Positions 1-10,514 of a stretch of DNA of 64,000 nucleotides are shown here, piece after piece. Origin of the DNA: an uncultured delta proteobacterium (lineage in GTDB: Bacteria; Desulfobacterota; Desulfobacteria; Desulfobacterales; JAFDCJ01); NCBI GenBank assembly GCA_963769935.1, contig CAVYNY010000011.1, forward strand, positions 128,001 through 192,000, written 5' to 3'. The notes beneath the pieces are model-generated. The model saw nothing but the letters and a program-made list of their open reading frames with translations. It was not told where the DNA came from and did no database searches. Positions within the stretch are counted from its first letter, which is position 1; each line of letters opens with the position of its first letter. The position numbers and the translations under genes are program-made.

Positions 1-823
1 ACGGCGGAAGTTTGCGCTTTAGGATGATCTCGTCTTCCGGTCCTAAAAAACCCCGCCAGATGGAATCGACGAGGCTCGCTGCGCGTGATGTTTTAAGAAA
101 CAGCAGACATGCCGTCAACTGCCGGGTTGCCGCACAAAACCTGCATTCCATGTTTTGATCCGCATCCACAAAGTATTCAAACCCCGGAGACCGAGTCGCA
201 CCGATGAAGGCCGGGGGCTGCCGGGAATAAAACGCATACAGGCCGGCCAGGCGATCAAACAAGGGGTAGCTAATCTGCCAACCGGGCACATTCCGGATAA
301 GGCTTCTCTCATCAGTTCCATCCGGGGAGGTCATCCGCAGGTCGGAGGCCTTCCGGGTTCGTATTCTGAGGGTATCAAGGCTGTCCACGATAAAATGAAC
401 CAGCGTTTCGGCTTCGTCCAGTATAATAGAGACACTGCCCACCGCGAAAAACGTTTCCGGTATGCATGCCCTTGCTTCCAGCCGCGGTGTATGGGTTTCG
501 TCGAACAGATCACCGGTAAGGAGTTCCTGCTCCTGCGGTGAAAAGGCTGCAAATATACTGCTGTCGACATAGGGATAGCATTTGACGGCAAAATGGCCCG
601 CGCACAAAGTCCTGCCTGCCGTTTCAACGGTTTCGGCATCTTCCAGAGCCAGTGCATAAACTCCGGGCGCTTGATCTATCCAAATATACCACTCGGGCTT
701 TTCACCCCAGACTTGACTCACTGCTTTAAGGTTGAGCATGTGTCGGACATGCTCAACCCATGAAGCAGTGATCAGCATGCTCTCAACTTTGTTTCGGAAA
801 AAGCTGTCAAAATCGATACTCAC
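1..823 (-). CDS. Hypothetical protein, >=274 aa, runs off the window start; 4th gene of the sigma54 operon
   Basis: Manual translation gives an open frame from GTG at 823 (MSIDFDSFFRNKVESMLITASWVEHVRHMLNLKAVSQVWGEKPEWYIWIDQAPGVYALAL...) with no stop to position 1. The GTG overlaps the upstream TGA (GTGA coupling). Not in the ORF track because there is no stop in the window. Confidence 0.75.
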   Translation of the reverse strand, partial: MSIDFDSFFRNKVESMLITASWVEHVRHMLNLKAVSQVWGEKPEWYIWIDQAPGVYALALEDAETVETAGRTLCAGHFAVKCYPYVDSSIFAAFSPQEQELLTGDLFDETHTPRLEARACIPETFFAVGSVSIILDEAETLVHFIVDSLDTLRIRTRKASDLRMTSPDGTDERSLIRNVPGWQISYPLFDRLAGLYAFYSRQPPAFIGATRSPGFEYFVDADQNMECRFCAATRQLTACLLFLKTSRAASLVDSIWRGFLGPEDEIILKRKLPP

Positions 824-1092
824 AACCGGCCTGCCTTTTGAAAAAGTTCTTTAACGATATCATTTTTTTCGCGTCCTTCGGTTTCAATACCGTGCTGGCG
901 GGCAGTTTCCAAAAGAATATCATCCGGATAGGCGAGCGTCAGAGCATAGCTGGAATCGTAGGATTCAAAATAACGATCAAATTCGTCGGTCTGATCGGCT
1001 TCCTGCATACCCTCCCGGAAACCATGGATGATTTCGGCAGTTTGTCGCTGAAAATAGCATTTGCAAAAATCACGTTTGCTTTTGTCGACCAT
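820..1092 (-). CDS. Small acidic hypothetical protein (90 aa)
   Basis: Starts 1 nt after the membrane-protein stop, with GAGG upstream; tight operon packing. Confidence 0.8.
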   Translation of the reverse strand: MVDKSKRDFCKCYFQRQTAEIIHGFREGMQEADQTDEFDRYFESYDSSYALTLAYPDDILLETARQHGIETEGREKNDIVKELFQKAGRL

Positions 1093-1093
1093 C

Positions 1094-2323
1094 TTAATAA
1101 GCCTCTTTTCTCACCAGGGGCCAGCCGCCAAAAAAATCCCGCTGGATCATAATGATACTAAGAAACAGCAGGATCCAAACGAGCGGGGTGTCTCCAGGCT
1201 GGGCGAAACCGGGGACCTTGGCCAGAAAAAATGTTGCCAGCGGTGAATAATAAAACCAATAAAAAAGCAACCCGCCGCCGATGGCGATGGCGGTTCGCAT
1301 AATTGCACGGGCCCAGATGCCGGTTGAATTGGGGAAGTTATTAAAATAGTTCTTCAATATGAAGGCGGCCAGTACAAAAAAGCCGGCCAGTTCACCGGCG
1401 TGGATGAACCTGAAATCGGGTCCGTCGGTATACTGGCCTCCCATGAAGGGCTCATCCCAGATCAGGATGAAGATTTTGAGCAGGATCCACAGGGTAATCG
1501 CACCGAGAATCAAGGTGGCGGCGAAGGTGACAATTCCTTTGAGAAACGTGCCTTCACCGTTTTTATTCATGAGCTTCCAGGGGCTGCCCTCCCAGAGCAG
1601 ATCCGAAACGACAATCCAGAATAACGAACACAGAACCAAGCCCAGGCCCACAAAAGCACTGCCGGTATCGCAAAAACCCTGCCACCATGGCTGGACGCCG
1701 GCTTTTGACTGCGCCGGATAGAACAAATAGCAAACATGGGGATGAAATAAAATACTGTAAATGATGGTAACAAAAAACAATATCGCAAACAGACGCGACC
1801 ATGCCAACGTGCCCCGGCCGACGTTTTGCCATGGCCAACGGCCGAAGCCCAGGTTCCAGAACAGTGCGACCCAAAGAAAGGCGGTAAAGTAATAGACGAT
1901 GGCAGTCGACGAGTTTTCGCGTGCCACGAACGGTTCGGCACCGGTGCCGCCCGCAGCGACGATAGACTGCGGACTAAAATAGGCAATGCCGAATTTGCCG
2001 ATAAAGTACCAGAGCACGACATAGTGGATAAACAGCATTAGAATGAATGCGACAATCGTGAGCAAAATACCCCGCCCGATCCGATTGCCGGCCGCGGATG
2101 GCTCCGCAAAGGGGAAATAGTCGGCAACATTGGTCATTAGAACGATAGACGATAGCAGCACCACCAACAATGCGAATCCATACATTGGGGTGTAAAGCTT
2201 CATGACCGTATTCGGATTCATGAAAATGTACCACAGAAACCACACGATACCGAATGCGGCAATAAAATTAATGAGTCCGAACAGATAGTTAAACCTTTTT
2301 TCGGTGTTTGATGCAGTATTCAT
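1094..2323 (-). CDS. Polytopic membrane protein (about 10 TM), putative transporter with internal repeats
   Basis: Long hydrophobic ORF; likely start at 2323 (AGGTGA SD, MNTASNTEK); five aromatic-Pro motifs (YFPF, RWPW, GSPW, NFPN, GWPL). Confidence 0.8.
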   Translation of the reverse strand: MNTASNTEKRFNYLFGLINFIAAFGIVWFLWYIFMNPNTVMKLYTPMYGFALLVVLLSSIVLMTNVADYFPFAEPSAAGNRIGRGILLTIVAFILMLFIHYVVLWYFIGKFGIAYFSPQSIVAAGGTGAEPFVARENSSTAIVYYFTAFLWVALFWNLGFGRWPWQNVGRGTLAWSRLFAILFFVTIIYSILFHPHVCYLFYPAQSKAGVQPWWQGFCDTGSAFVGLGLVLCSLFWIVVSDLLWEGSPWKLMNKNGEGTFLKGIVTFAATLILGAITLWILLKIFILIWDEPFMGGQYTDGPDFRFIHAGELAGFFVLAAFILKNYFNNFPNSTGIWARAIMRTAIAIGGGLLFYWFYYSPLATFFLAKVPGFAQPGDTPLVWILLFLSIIMIQRDFFGGWPLVRKEAY

Positions 2324-2420
2324 TTGTTCACCTGCCATAAGGATTGAGAGTGGCGAAGAGAAAAGAAACCGTATGACAAGGCTTCTATTCTCTTCCTTCA
2401 TTGGTGGTCTGAAACTCGCT

Positions 2421-3527
2421 TTAAAGGATTACGTGGTCACCGTTGGTCAGAAAGACGTTGCTCTCCTTGGCCACGGTCGAGGTCCGCTTGTATTCCTTAT
2501 ACTTGTTCGTGCCTTTTACGATCGGCACCCCGGCCGCCGCCGCCTTTTCAGCCCAGATCCAGCCCGTGCAATGGTTGCAGCCCAGCTTCTGAATCTTGAA
2601 TGCCTGCACGCCCTTGATGATGTCATCGAATTTCGGTTCCCAGGTTTCAAACAGGGTAATGTGCAGGCCTCCATAGCAGCCATACGGCTGGTAGCCCTTG
2701 AAATTTTTGCGGGCATAGGAGAACAAGGAGAGGATCCCCGGATGGCAGCAGCCGGTGACCGTCACGATCCCTTTATCTTTGACGTTGAAGTACAGCACGT
2801 TTTCACCCCGAACCCGCAAAAGAATGGGCACATCAAACATCCTGGCCGCCACACCCGGCATGATCCGGTAAACGCCTTCACCATTCTCGCCGGCCGGATC
2901 GCACAGAAGCAATTTGCCCGTGTGGGGGTAGTCGTTTTTGCAAACGTGCTTCATTTCACCGGTATCTTTGTCTTTGGCCTGGTGGTGGGCCTTTTCCTTC
3001 AATAGGGCGATGTCTTCCGGATAGTAAGTCTTGGGGGCGTACATGGTGATATCCTGTTTGTGCTTCAGCGTCGATTCGATGCCCCAGGTGTGGTCCAAAT
3101 GCCAATGGGAGAGAACAAACAATTCAATTTCGCCTTTTTTCAGCATGTTGGCGATATCATTTTTCTCCTCGAAGATATAGTCCATCCAACCATTATTCCA
3201 GCCCGAATCCATCAGTATTTTCCGTTCATCACCTTCGAGGGTCGTCACCGTAATCAGCGCCGCATAACCGCCGGCATTGTCCCAGTCCCAGGGAATCGTA
3301 TACTGGTTGGTCATGGCGCCGCCGTATTCCATCAAGTTCTTTTTAAAAATATCATTGTTGAACCAGCTGGTCTCTGACAGGACATCGATGCGCACACTTT
3401 TAATTTCACCGATATCCACCTTATTACTGGCATGCGCCTTGCGGGGCAGCATCAAATTGACCGTGCTGCCCATGGAGGCTGCAACGCCGGTTGCGGCAAT
3501 GGATTTCAAAAATGTTCTTCTTTTCAT
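2421..3527 (-). CDS. Tat-exported metallo-beta-lactamase-fold protein (COG1237-like)
   Basis: Twin-arginine signal MKRRTFLK...AHA; motifs SHWHLDH, GCCHPG, GGLH, NHCTG; AGGAGG SD. Confidence 0.85.
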   Translation of the reverse strand: MKRRTFLKSIAATGVAASMGSTVNLMLPRKAHASNKVDIGEIKSVRIDVLSETSWFNNDIFKKNLMEYGGAMTNQYTIPWDWDNAGGYAALITVTTLEGDERKILMDSGWNNGWMDYIFEEKNDIANMLKKGEIELFVLSHWHLDHTWGIESTLKHKQDITMYAPKTYYPEDIALLKEKAHHQAKDKDTGEMKHVCKNDYPHTGKLLLCDPAGENGEGVYRIMPGVAARMFDVPILLRVRGENVLYFNVKDKGIVTVTGCCHPGILSLFSYARKNFKGYQPYGCYGGLHITLFETWEPKFDDIIKGVQAFKIQKLGCNHCTGWIWAEKAAAAGVPIVKGTNKYKEYKRTSTVAKESNVFLTNGDHVIL

Positions 3528-3647
3528 AAAAACCTCCTCCTTTCCTTAAATGGTTAGCGACTTCGCGAACGATTCGGCCCTGAGCTCCGGGGACTGACTG
3601 AGATTGCTCGAAACCTGAATCGCAAGCATTAATCCGGTCCTGATTCA

Positions 3648-3663
3648 GGCAATAAACATGCCA
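3648..3663 (-). promoter_or_regulatory. sigma54 -24/-12 promoter of the MBL operon
   Basis: Minus strand reads TGGCATG-TTTA-TTGCC (consensus TGGCACG-N4-TTGC), about 120 bp upstream of the 3527 start. Confidence 0.85.
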
Positions 3664-3732
3664 TGACCAAGATTTCACAAAAAAGTCGTTTATCTTATTG
3701 AAAATATTAATTAATTCCTTAAAAATCATTTA

Positions 3733-3761
3733 TTGACATGAAGGAGGATTTGAAATATAAG
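3733..3761 (+). promoter_or_regulatory. sigma70 promoter of the activator gene
   Basis: TTGACA-17 bp-TATAAG. Confidence 0.7.
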
Positions 3762-3811
3762 GAAACAAAACGCACCCGATTTAGGTTTTACAAAGGGAAC
3801 AATTTACGCCC
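3761..3811. promoter_or_regulatory. Two candidate 17-bp activator-binding sites
   Basis: GGAAACAAAACGCACCC (3761-3777) and GGGAACAATTTACGCCC (3795-3811, flanked by AAA/TTT). They resemble each other and lie 100-150 bp upstream of the sigma54 promoter. Confidence 0.55.
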
Positions 3812-3844
3812 TTTCGCCCATGCCAAAGTTGGAGGATCGCACCC

Positions 3845-5191
<1,347 letters not shown>

Positions 5192-5404
5192 TACACTGCA
5201 AAATTTTGTGTTGCGGGATAAAAGTGGCCTGAAAAAAGGCCGAATTCATTATTGTCTTTCAATATACATTTTAAAGCCCTTCCTTTACACCCTGAAAAAG
5301 ATTCCGACACCAATCCGAGGCAACCTCAACAGCGACAAGGAATTTTACTTCCAGTAATTGGTTTTATTTGAACCGGTTATCTCCGTCTATTTGTTTTGGC
5401 AATT

Positions 5405-5420
5405 TGGCATGAAGCTTGCT
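5405..5420 (+). promoter_or_regulatory. sigma54 -24/-12 promoter of the flavoprotein gene
   Basis: TGGCATG-AAGC-TTGCT, about 85 bp upstream of ATG 5504. Confidence 0.85.
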
Positions 5421-5503
5421 CATGAGTTCCATGGATCCGATCAAAGATTAATGGATATTCGTGTCGTGTCCTGGGTAAAACTTCAAAAAGAAAGGAGATA
5501 ATC

Positions 5504-6889
5504 ATGGGACCAGACGTCATTATCGTCGGTGGAGGGCCTGCCGGTATTATTACGGCCTTGACGGCTAAAAGTGTGTATCCTGAAAAATCGGTATGCGTTA
5601 TAAAGGATATCGGCGACGGTGTCATTCCCTGCGCCATTCCGTATATGATGCGCACCCTGTCCGACCCCAAGCAAAATGCCATGGGCAATTTGCCGCTTGA
5701 GAAGGCCGGCGTGGACATTAAAGTGGGCAGGGTGGTTGCCCTGGATGCTCGAGCCCATACGGTCACCTTGGAATCCGGTGAAGTCATGTCCTATGAACGA
5801 CTCGTACTGGCCACCGGTACGGACATGGTCATTCCGCCGATTCCCGGCGCGGATAAACAAGGTGTCTTTTCCATCCGCAAGAGTATGTCAGCAATGATCG
5901 TTTTGCGGGAAAAAGCCCTCCAGGCAAAAAGGATTGTCATTATAGGCGGGGGATTTATCGGTGCTGAATTTGCCGATGAGTTGTCCAGAGGATCTGATGG
6001 GCCTATTCATCTAGTCGAAATATTGCCGAAGCTTTTATATACAGCCTTCGATGACGAATTTTGCGATGAGATATCCAAGGTACTGGTTGCCGCGGGTGTC
6101 AACGTTCATACCCAACGTCCGGTCATATCGATCAACGGCCAACAGCAGGTGGAGTCGGTCACCCTGGCAGGCGGGGAAAAGATTGCCGCCGACATGGTGT
6201 TGATCAGCGTCGGGGCCAAGCCTTCGAGCAAGTTGGCAGAGGATGCCGGATTGCGGATCGTCGAGAATGGATCCATCTGGGTTGATGACTATATGCGCAC
6301 CAACGTCGAGGATATATTTGCCGTGGGTGACTGCGCCGTAAAACGAGATTTTTTCACCAGAAAGGCCGCTCCGGTTTGGTTGGCTTCAACCGCCACAGCC
6401 GAAGCACGAAATGCGGGCACCAATATTTACGGCATCCGAGTGCTGCATCAAATTCAAGGAACCATCGCCGCTTTTTCGACCCAATTTGGCGGCCGATCGT
6501 TTGCCAGCGCCGGAATGACCGGCCGCACCTGTGAAAAAGAGGGATTTCGCTGTGTTTCGGCAACATCAACTGCGCCCGACCGTCATCCCGGGATGCTTCC
6601 CGGAGCAAGCGAAATGAAAGTAAAGCTGATCTTCGCAGACCGATCCGGCATCATTCTCGGAGGTCAGATTTGCGGCGGACCGTCGGCAGGAGAACTCATC
6701 AATATGGTGGCGCTAGCGATTCAAAAGAAAGTCACCGTGCGGGAGCTGGATATGCTGCAAATCGCCACCCATCCGTTGCTGACATCTGCCCCCACGGTTC
6801 ATCCGCTGATCAATGCCGCTCATCAGGCCTTGGCGCAATTAAGGGCCACCGTTATGCCGGTGACTGAGCCTTTAAAAAAGGTCGCTTGA
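5504..6889 (+). CDS. FAD-dependent NADH oxidase / CoA-disulfide reductase family oxidoreductase
   Basis: GGGPAG, redox Cys in IPCAIPY, LVLATG, GGGFIGAE, IFAVGDC, C-terminal dimerisation domain. Confidence 0.9.
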   Translation: MGPDVIIVGGGPAGIITALTAKSVYPEKSVCVIKDIGDGVIPCAIPYMMRTLSDPKQNAMGNLPLEKAGVDIKVGRVVALDARAHTVTLESGEVMSYERLVLATGTDMVIPPIPGADKQGVFSIRKSMSAMIVLREKALQAKRIVIIGGGFIGAEFADELSRGSDGPIHLVEILPKLLYTAFDDEFCDEISKVLVAAGVNVHTQRPVISINGQQQVESVTLAGGEKIAADMVLISVGAKPSSKLAEDAGLRIVENGSIWVDDYMRTNVEDIFAVGDCAVKRDFFTRKAAPVWLASTATAEARNAGTNIYGIRVLHQIQGTIAAFSTQFGGRSFASAGMTGRTCEKEGFRCVSATSTAPDRHPGMLPGASEMKVKLIFADRSGIILGGQICGGPSAGELINMVALAIQKKVTVRELDMLQIATHPLLTSAPTVHPLINAAHQALAQLRATVMPVTEPLKKVA

Positions 6890-7012
6890 TGAGCCATAGG
6901 ATAGGATTAATGCATGCATAGTGACTAAACCTGACCGAATTCAGCCTGTAATTGACGACTTTTGGCAGTTTGAGTATTGACAATTTTACCGCGTGACCGA
7001 CCTCTGAATAGC

Positions 7013-7416
7013 TCAGAGCAACTTGAATTGCACATTTATTTGTTGACCGAGATTGCCGACAGAGGCCCCGATTGCCTTGGGGTCTTTTGCCATAATGCCC
7101 GCGGCGAGATCTGCAAGACCCGCGGCGAGGCGGATAACACCGCCAACGGTCTGCAGCTCTATGATTGTTTTTTGATTTGTTCGATCACGTTTTTCAGCTC
7201 GGCGGCCGGCTCCTTTATGGCATCAATAGTAAGACCGACGGCCGTTGTTGTTGCAAAGGTTGATACACGCAGCAGGGTTTTGAAGGATTCATTAAGGAAC
7301 TCATATTCTGCACGGCTGATTTGTTTAAAATTATCGTCGAGGTACTTATCCAGGACCTGGGAAGCATCCAGGAGTGCGTCGGCGATTGTACGTGCTTCCT
7401 CAGCTGTTAAAGCCAT
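7013..7416 (-). pseudogene. Alpha-helical hypothetical protein, frameshifted in an A-run (possible sequencing error)
   Basis: GGAGG SD. Adding one A to the A6 run near 7170 extends the ORF as ...QIKKTIIELQTVGGVIRLAAGLADLAAGIMAKDP...FKLL to TGA at 7013. Confidence 0.65.
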
Positions 7417-7436
7417 GTTTATTTCCTCCTATCTTT

Positions 7437-8275
7437 CTATGACTCATAGGATTTGATGAGTATTTTGATCTGCTTGCGAAGTTGCATAGTAAGAGAGTAT
7501 AGATCCTTAGTCAGGGTTTTGGCATCGAGTTTGTTTCTGTTATTGTAGAGTTTTTGATGGCCTTCACATGCTCAGCATTTTGCTCCAGCCGCACTTCTTT
7601 CCATTCTTCCAGTGCAACTTTTGCGGCATCGGAGGCACTGCCGGTCTGCAGCTGGGAATCGTAGTATCGATCAAGCATAGTTCTTTCAATCTTCAGGTCA
7701 CGGCGAAAATCCTGATCGACGATCCGGCGTAGTTCACCGCTTAAGATTACTTGCAGCGGGGCGTTTGCCCGTTCAACAACCGTGGTCACTTGCTTTGCCT
7801 GGTAGAGCTTCGCCGATGCTCCGAGTACTATTTTTACCAGCGAACCCACGGCACCGATTGTGTCCGTGGAGATTCCCGCATTCAGCTTACCGATCCCTGT
7901 AGTCAGAGCAGCGGCGTCCTCTTTGTAGTCAATTGGGCTGTCGCTGGAGAGTGTCTTCAGGGCCGCCATATAATCGGAGACTACCGACAGTATCTGTCTC
8001 AGGGCCTCGGCCTGGTTCTGGCGCAAAGCAATTTGATCTTCCCAAGGTCCCGAGGGGTCATACCGCTTCAGCCTCTGCGGAGTGTTGGCATAGGTAGTGA
8101 CTATCTCGTCATACTGGGTGGCCTCGACCGATGTTTTTGACCATTCGTGTACGGCTGTCAGATTAATACAAGACGCAGCGAATATGACAATACCGGCTAC
8201 CGCTACTGCTAAGAAATATTCTCTTCGTTGTTTCATTAATCTCAATTTTTTTTCTCCCTCTCCTCTTTTGCTCAT
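7437..8275 (-). pseudogene. Alpha-helical lipoprotein with a C-terminal frameshift or deletion
   Basis: Lipobox-like FAASC. Near 7560 an alternative frame reads EGHQKLYNNRNKLDAKTLTKDLY...SYES* and ends just before the SD of the next gene. Confidence 0.6.
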
Positions 8276-8436
8276 GGAGTAATCTACGGCCCAGACCTCG
8301 CGAACCTGGCATAAATGGTGGGCGGAACAGGATTTGAAGCAGTTTTCGGATTGGATGCAGAGGACGGGGTCAGCTTGAGAGTGAAAGCGGGATTTGGAAC
8401 AGAACGAGGTTGCGGCTTAAAGGATTTGTTACATTA

Positions 8437-8560
8437 TTCAAAGAATGCTTTATGGGCCTCAACTCCCCCGGCGGGCTCAGGCTTTGGAAAGCACGCTATG
8501 ATTGGAAATCTCGTCATCGAGATCATAATCCAAAACCCACAGCCAATTCAGGCGCGCCGG
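8437..8560 (-). mobile_element. IS1182/IS5-type transposase remnant (DUF772-like)
   Basis: Minus frame RLNWLWVLDYDLDDEISNHSVLSKA*AR...EAHKAFFE resembles the W-x-F-L-G-Y-D-L-D..P-D-H-S-V-L-S motif. Confidence 0.6.
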
Positions 8561-8590
8561 GTTTGTTGAGGCCGGTTCTCTATATTACGC

Positions 8591-9739
8591 TTAAAATTCC
8601 AGTTTTTTACCGTCGTAATCGACCATATCCGCATCTGTAATATAGTCCATCTTGACGGATTTCATGTATGCCAGCTGGGACTTGAAGGCCTTCATCGCCC
8701 GCGGCGACTTCTTGGCCCACTTGACCCACATCGCCGGCGCAAACCGCCGGAACTTGGCAATGTCTTCTTCGGTCAGGCGGATGACCTCCACGCCCTGTTC
8801 TTTCTGAAACTTTTCAAAGGCCACGATATCGGCCGCCTGAATCGCCGTGTATTGGTCCCTGGAATGTTCGACCATGGCCGCTTCCAGCAGCGCCTGCAGA
8901 TGCGGCGGAATTTTCTTCCAGGAATTCATATTGATGGCAATTCCCATCAGGTCGACGGGCTGATGCAGGCACGGCGTCGACGGCGGACCCATGATGATGT
9001 ACTTGGCGATTTCGCCGAATCCCAGGTTGTAGTTGATGGCGGCCCCCACGTAGTCGGCACCGTCGATAACGCCTTTTTCCAGGGCCGGGTAGACCTCGCC
9101 GCCCGGCAGCAGTACCGTGGCCACACCGGCGGCCCGGTAAATATCGGCGATGATACCGCCCGGGTAGCGGATCTTTTTGCCCTTGAAATCCTCAAAGTGC
9201 CGGATCGGCACCTTGGAGTGGATCAGGTTGTCGTCGTGCTGGATGGGGCCGATCCAGTACATGTTTTGTTCGCCATAGGCCTCGCGGGCAAGCTCTTTGC
9301 CGCCCAGCACGGTATACCAGGTATCCCATTGATCCGGCCGGTCCATCCCAAAGGGATAGGACGACAGAAAGGTTGCCACCGGAATCTTGCCCGGCCAGTA
9401 AACCTCGAAGCAGTGCATGGAGTCGAAAACACCGGCCTTGACGGCATCAAACATCTCGAACGTGCCCACGATGGCGCCGGCCGGAAACCCCTCGACTACC
9501 AGTTTGCCCTCGGTCATATTGCCGACATTGGCACAAAACTCCTTGAATTTCGTAAAACCCAGGGTCCCGGCATCCCAGGCCGTCTGCATCTTGATGGTAA
9601 TGGTTTCGGCAGCCGAAAGACGCATCACGGCCGGAAAACCGATCGAGCCTGCGGCAGCGCCGGCCACGGCGGCTGTCTTCAGGAATTTCCGGCGCGATTC
9701 TTGGTAATCTTGCGGGTGCTTTGTTTTGTCTTTTTTCAT
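8591..9739 (-). CDS. dctP: Orphan TRAP substrate-binding protein (DctP/TakP-like) with Tat signal
   Basis: SRRKFLK Tat motif; FDAVKAG, KGKKIR, GGEVYPALEKGVIDGADY. Confidence 0.88.
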   Translation of the reverse strand: MKKDKTKHPQDYQESRRKFLKTAAVAGAAAGSIGFPAVMRLSAAETITIKMQTAWDAGTLGFTKFKEFCANVGNMTEGKLVVEGFPAGAIVGTFEMFDAVKAGVFDSMHCFEVYWPGKIPVATFLSSYPFGMDRPDQWDTWYTVLGGKELAREAYGEQNMYWIGPIQHDDNLIHSKVPIRHFEDFKGKKIRYPGGIIADIYRAAGVATVLLPGGEVYPALEKGVIDGADYVGAAINYNLGFGEIAKYIIMGPPSTPCLHQPVDLMGIAINMNSWKKIPPHLQALLEAAMVEHSRDQYTAIQAADIVAFEKFQKEQGVEVIRLTEEDIAKFRRFAPAMWVKWAKKSPRAMKAFKSQLAYMKSVKMDYITDADMVDYDGKKLEF

Positions 9740-9846
9740 TTAACCATCTCCTTTTACAGTTTATTTTTTGCCACAATTCTAACTTGCGGGTCCTCATCAT
9801 AGCCCCTTAAGTTGGCGGCAAGATGACGGCAAGATGACCAAAATAT

Positions 9847-10238
9847 TTATTCCAACATTGAAAAACTGGTCCTTTGAGCCAGGTCACAGGTAATAGACTT
9901 TGGCGTAAATATATGCCGCGGGGTGTTGGAATAATGGCATGCTGGAATACCGGGTTTGGCGGTAAAAGATCTGTTTTATATGAATGGCACTGATCAGAAA
10001 ATAAAATTAGACCATCATCCGCTTTTCATGCCCAATATTCCATTTTTCTCTCCGATCCGTAGGCTCTACGAGCCGGAGGCCACTATTCCAATATTCCATG
10101 GGTTATTTGACTTCAAACACCAGCCCTCTCTCCTAACTGCAGGATCTACGAACCGGAAGCTGGGATGTGATGTCAATGCCTGACCCTCCCTCCGGGCTGT
10201 AGGCCCTACGGGCCGGAAGCTGGGCCCGGATTTTTTAC
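9847..10238. repeat. Dispersed modular repeat family A, longest copy
   Basis: Blocks match 26020-26155 and 15445-15488 in reverse complement, and 22785-22803 directly. Internal TATTCCA units and three (G)TAGGCTCTACGAGCCGGA-like palindromes. Confidence 0.75.
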
Positions 10239-10514
10239 CCGCTATATTCTATCGAAATTGATCTGCTGGTCAACCTTCAGCCGGTGTATTATATTTATAA
10301 TACCAATCATTAATCCCGGCCTGGATCACACACGGCTGTCCGGTTCGCAGGTTCCGGTTGGAAGATATCATCGATCCTTCACGGCTCGATACGCCTGCGA
10401 TGGGTTTGCGTTCCTCCAGTTTTGCATGTTGCGCCTCTATTGACGAATCCTGCCGTCCAGCTGCCGCCGGTTTGTCGACCGGGCCGGCAACAGACGCCAA
10501 ACAGAGAATGAGCC

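Noticed and set aside
115..657. ORF-track ORFs 115-321, 155-541 and 331-657
   Set aside because: Shadow frames of the longer open frame 823 to <1.
8852..9802. Long antisense ORFs (also 16553-17527, 24761-25639, 33448-34248, 53138-54085)
   Set aside because: Opposite-strand shadows of well-supported GC-rich genes, with no motifs of their own.
9901..9920. sigma54 promoter near the orphan dctP
   Set aside because: GG-to-GC spacing is 11 rather than 10 on both strands.
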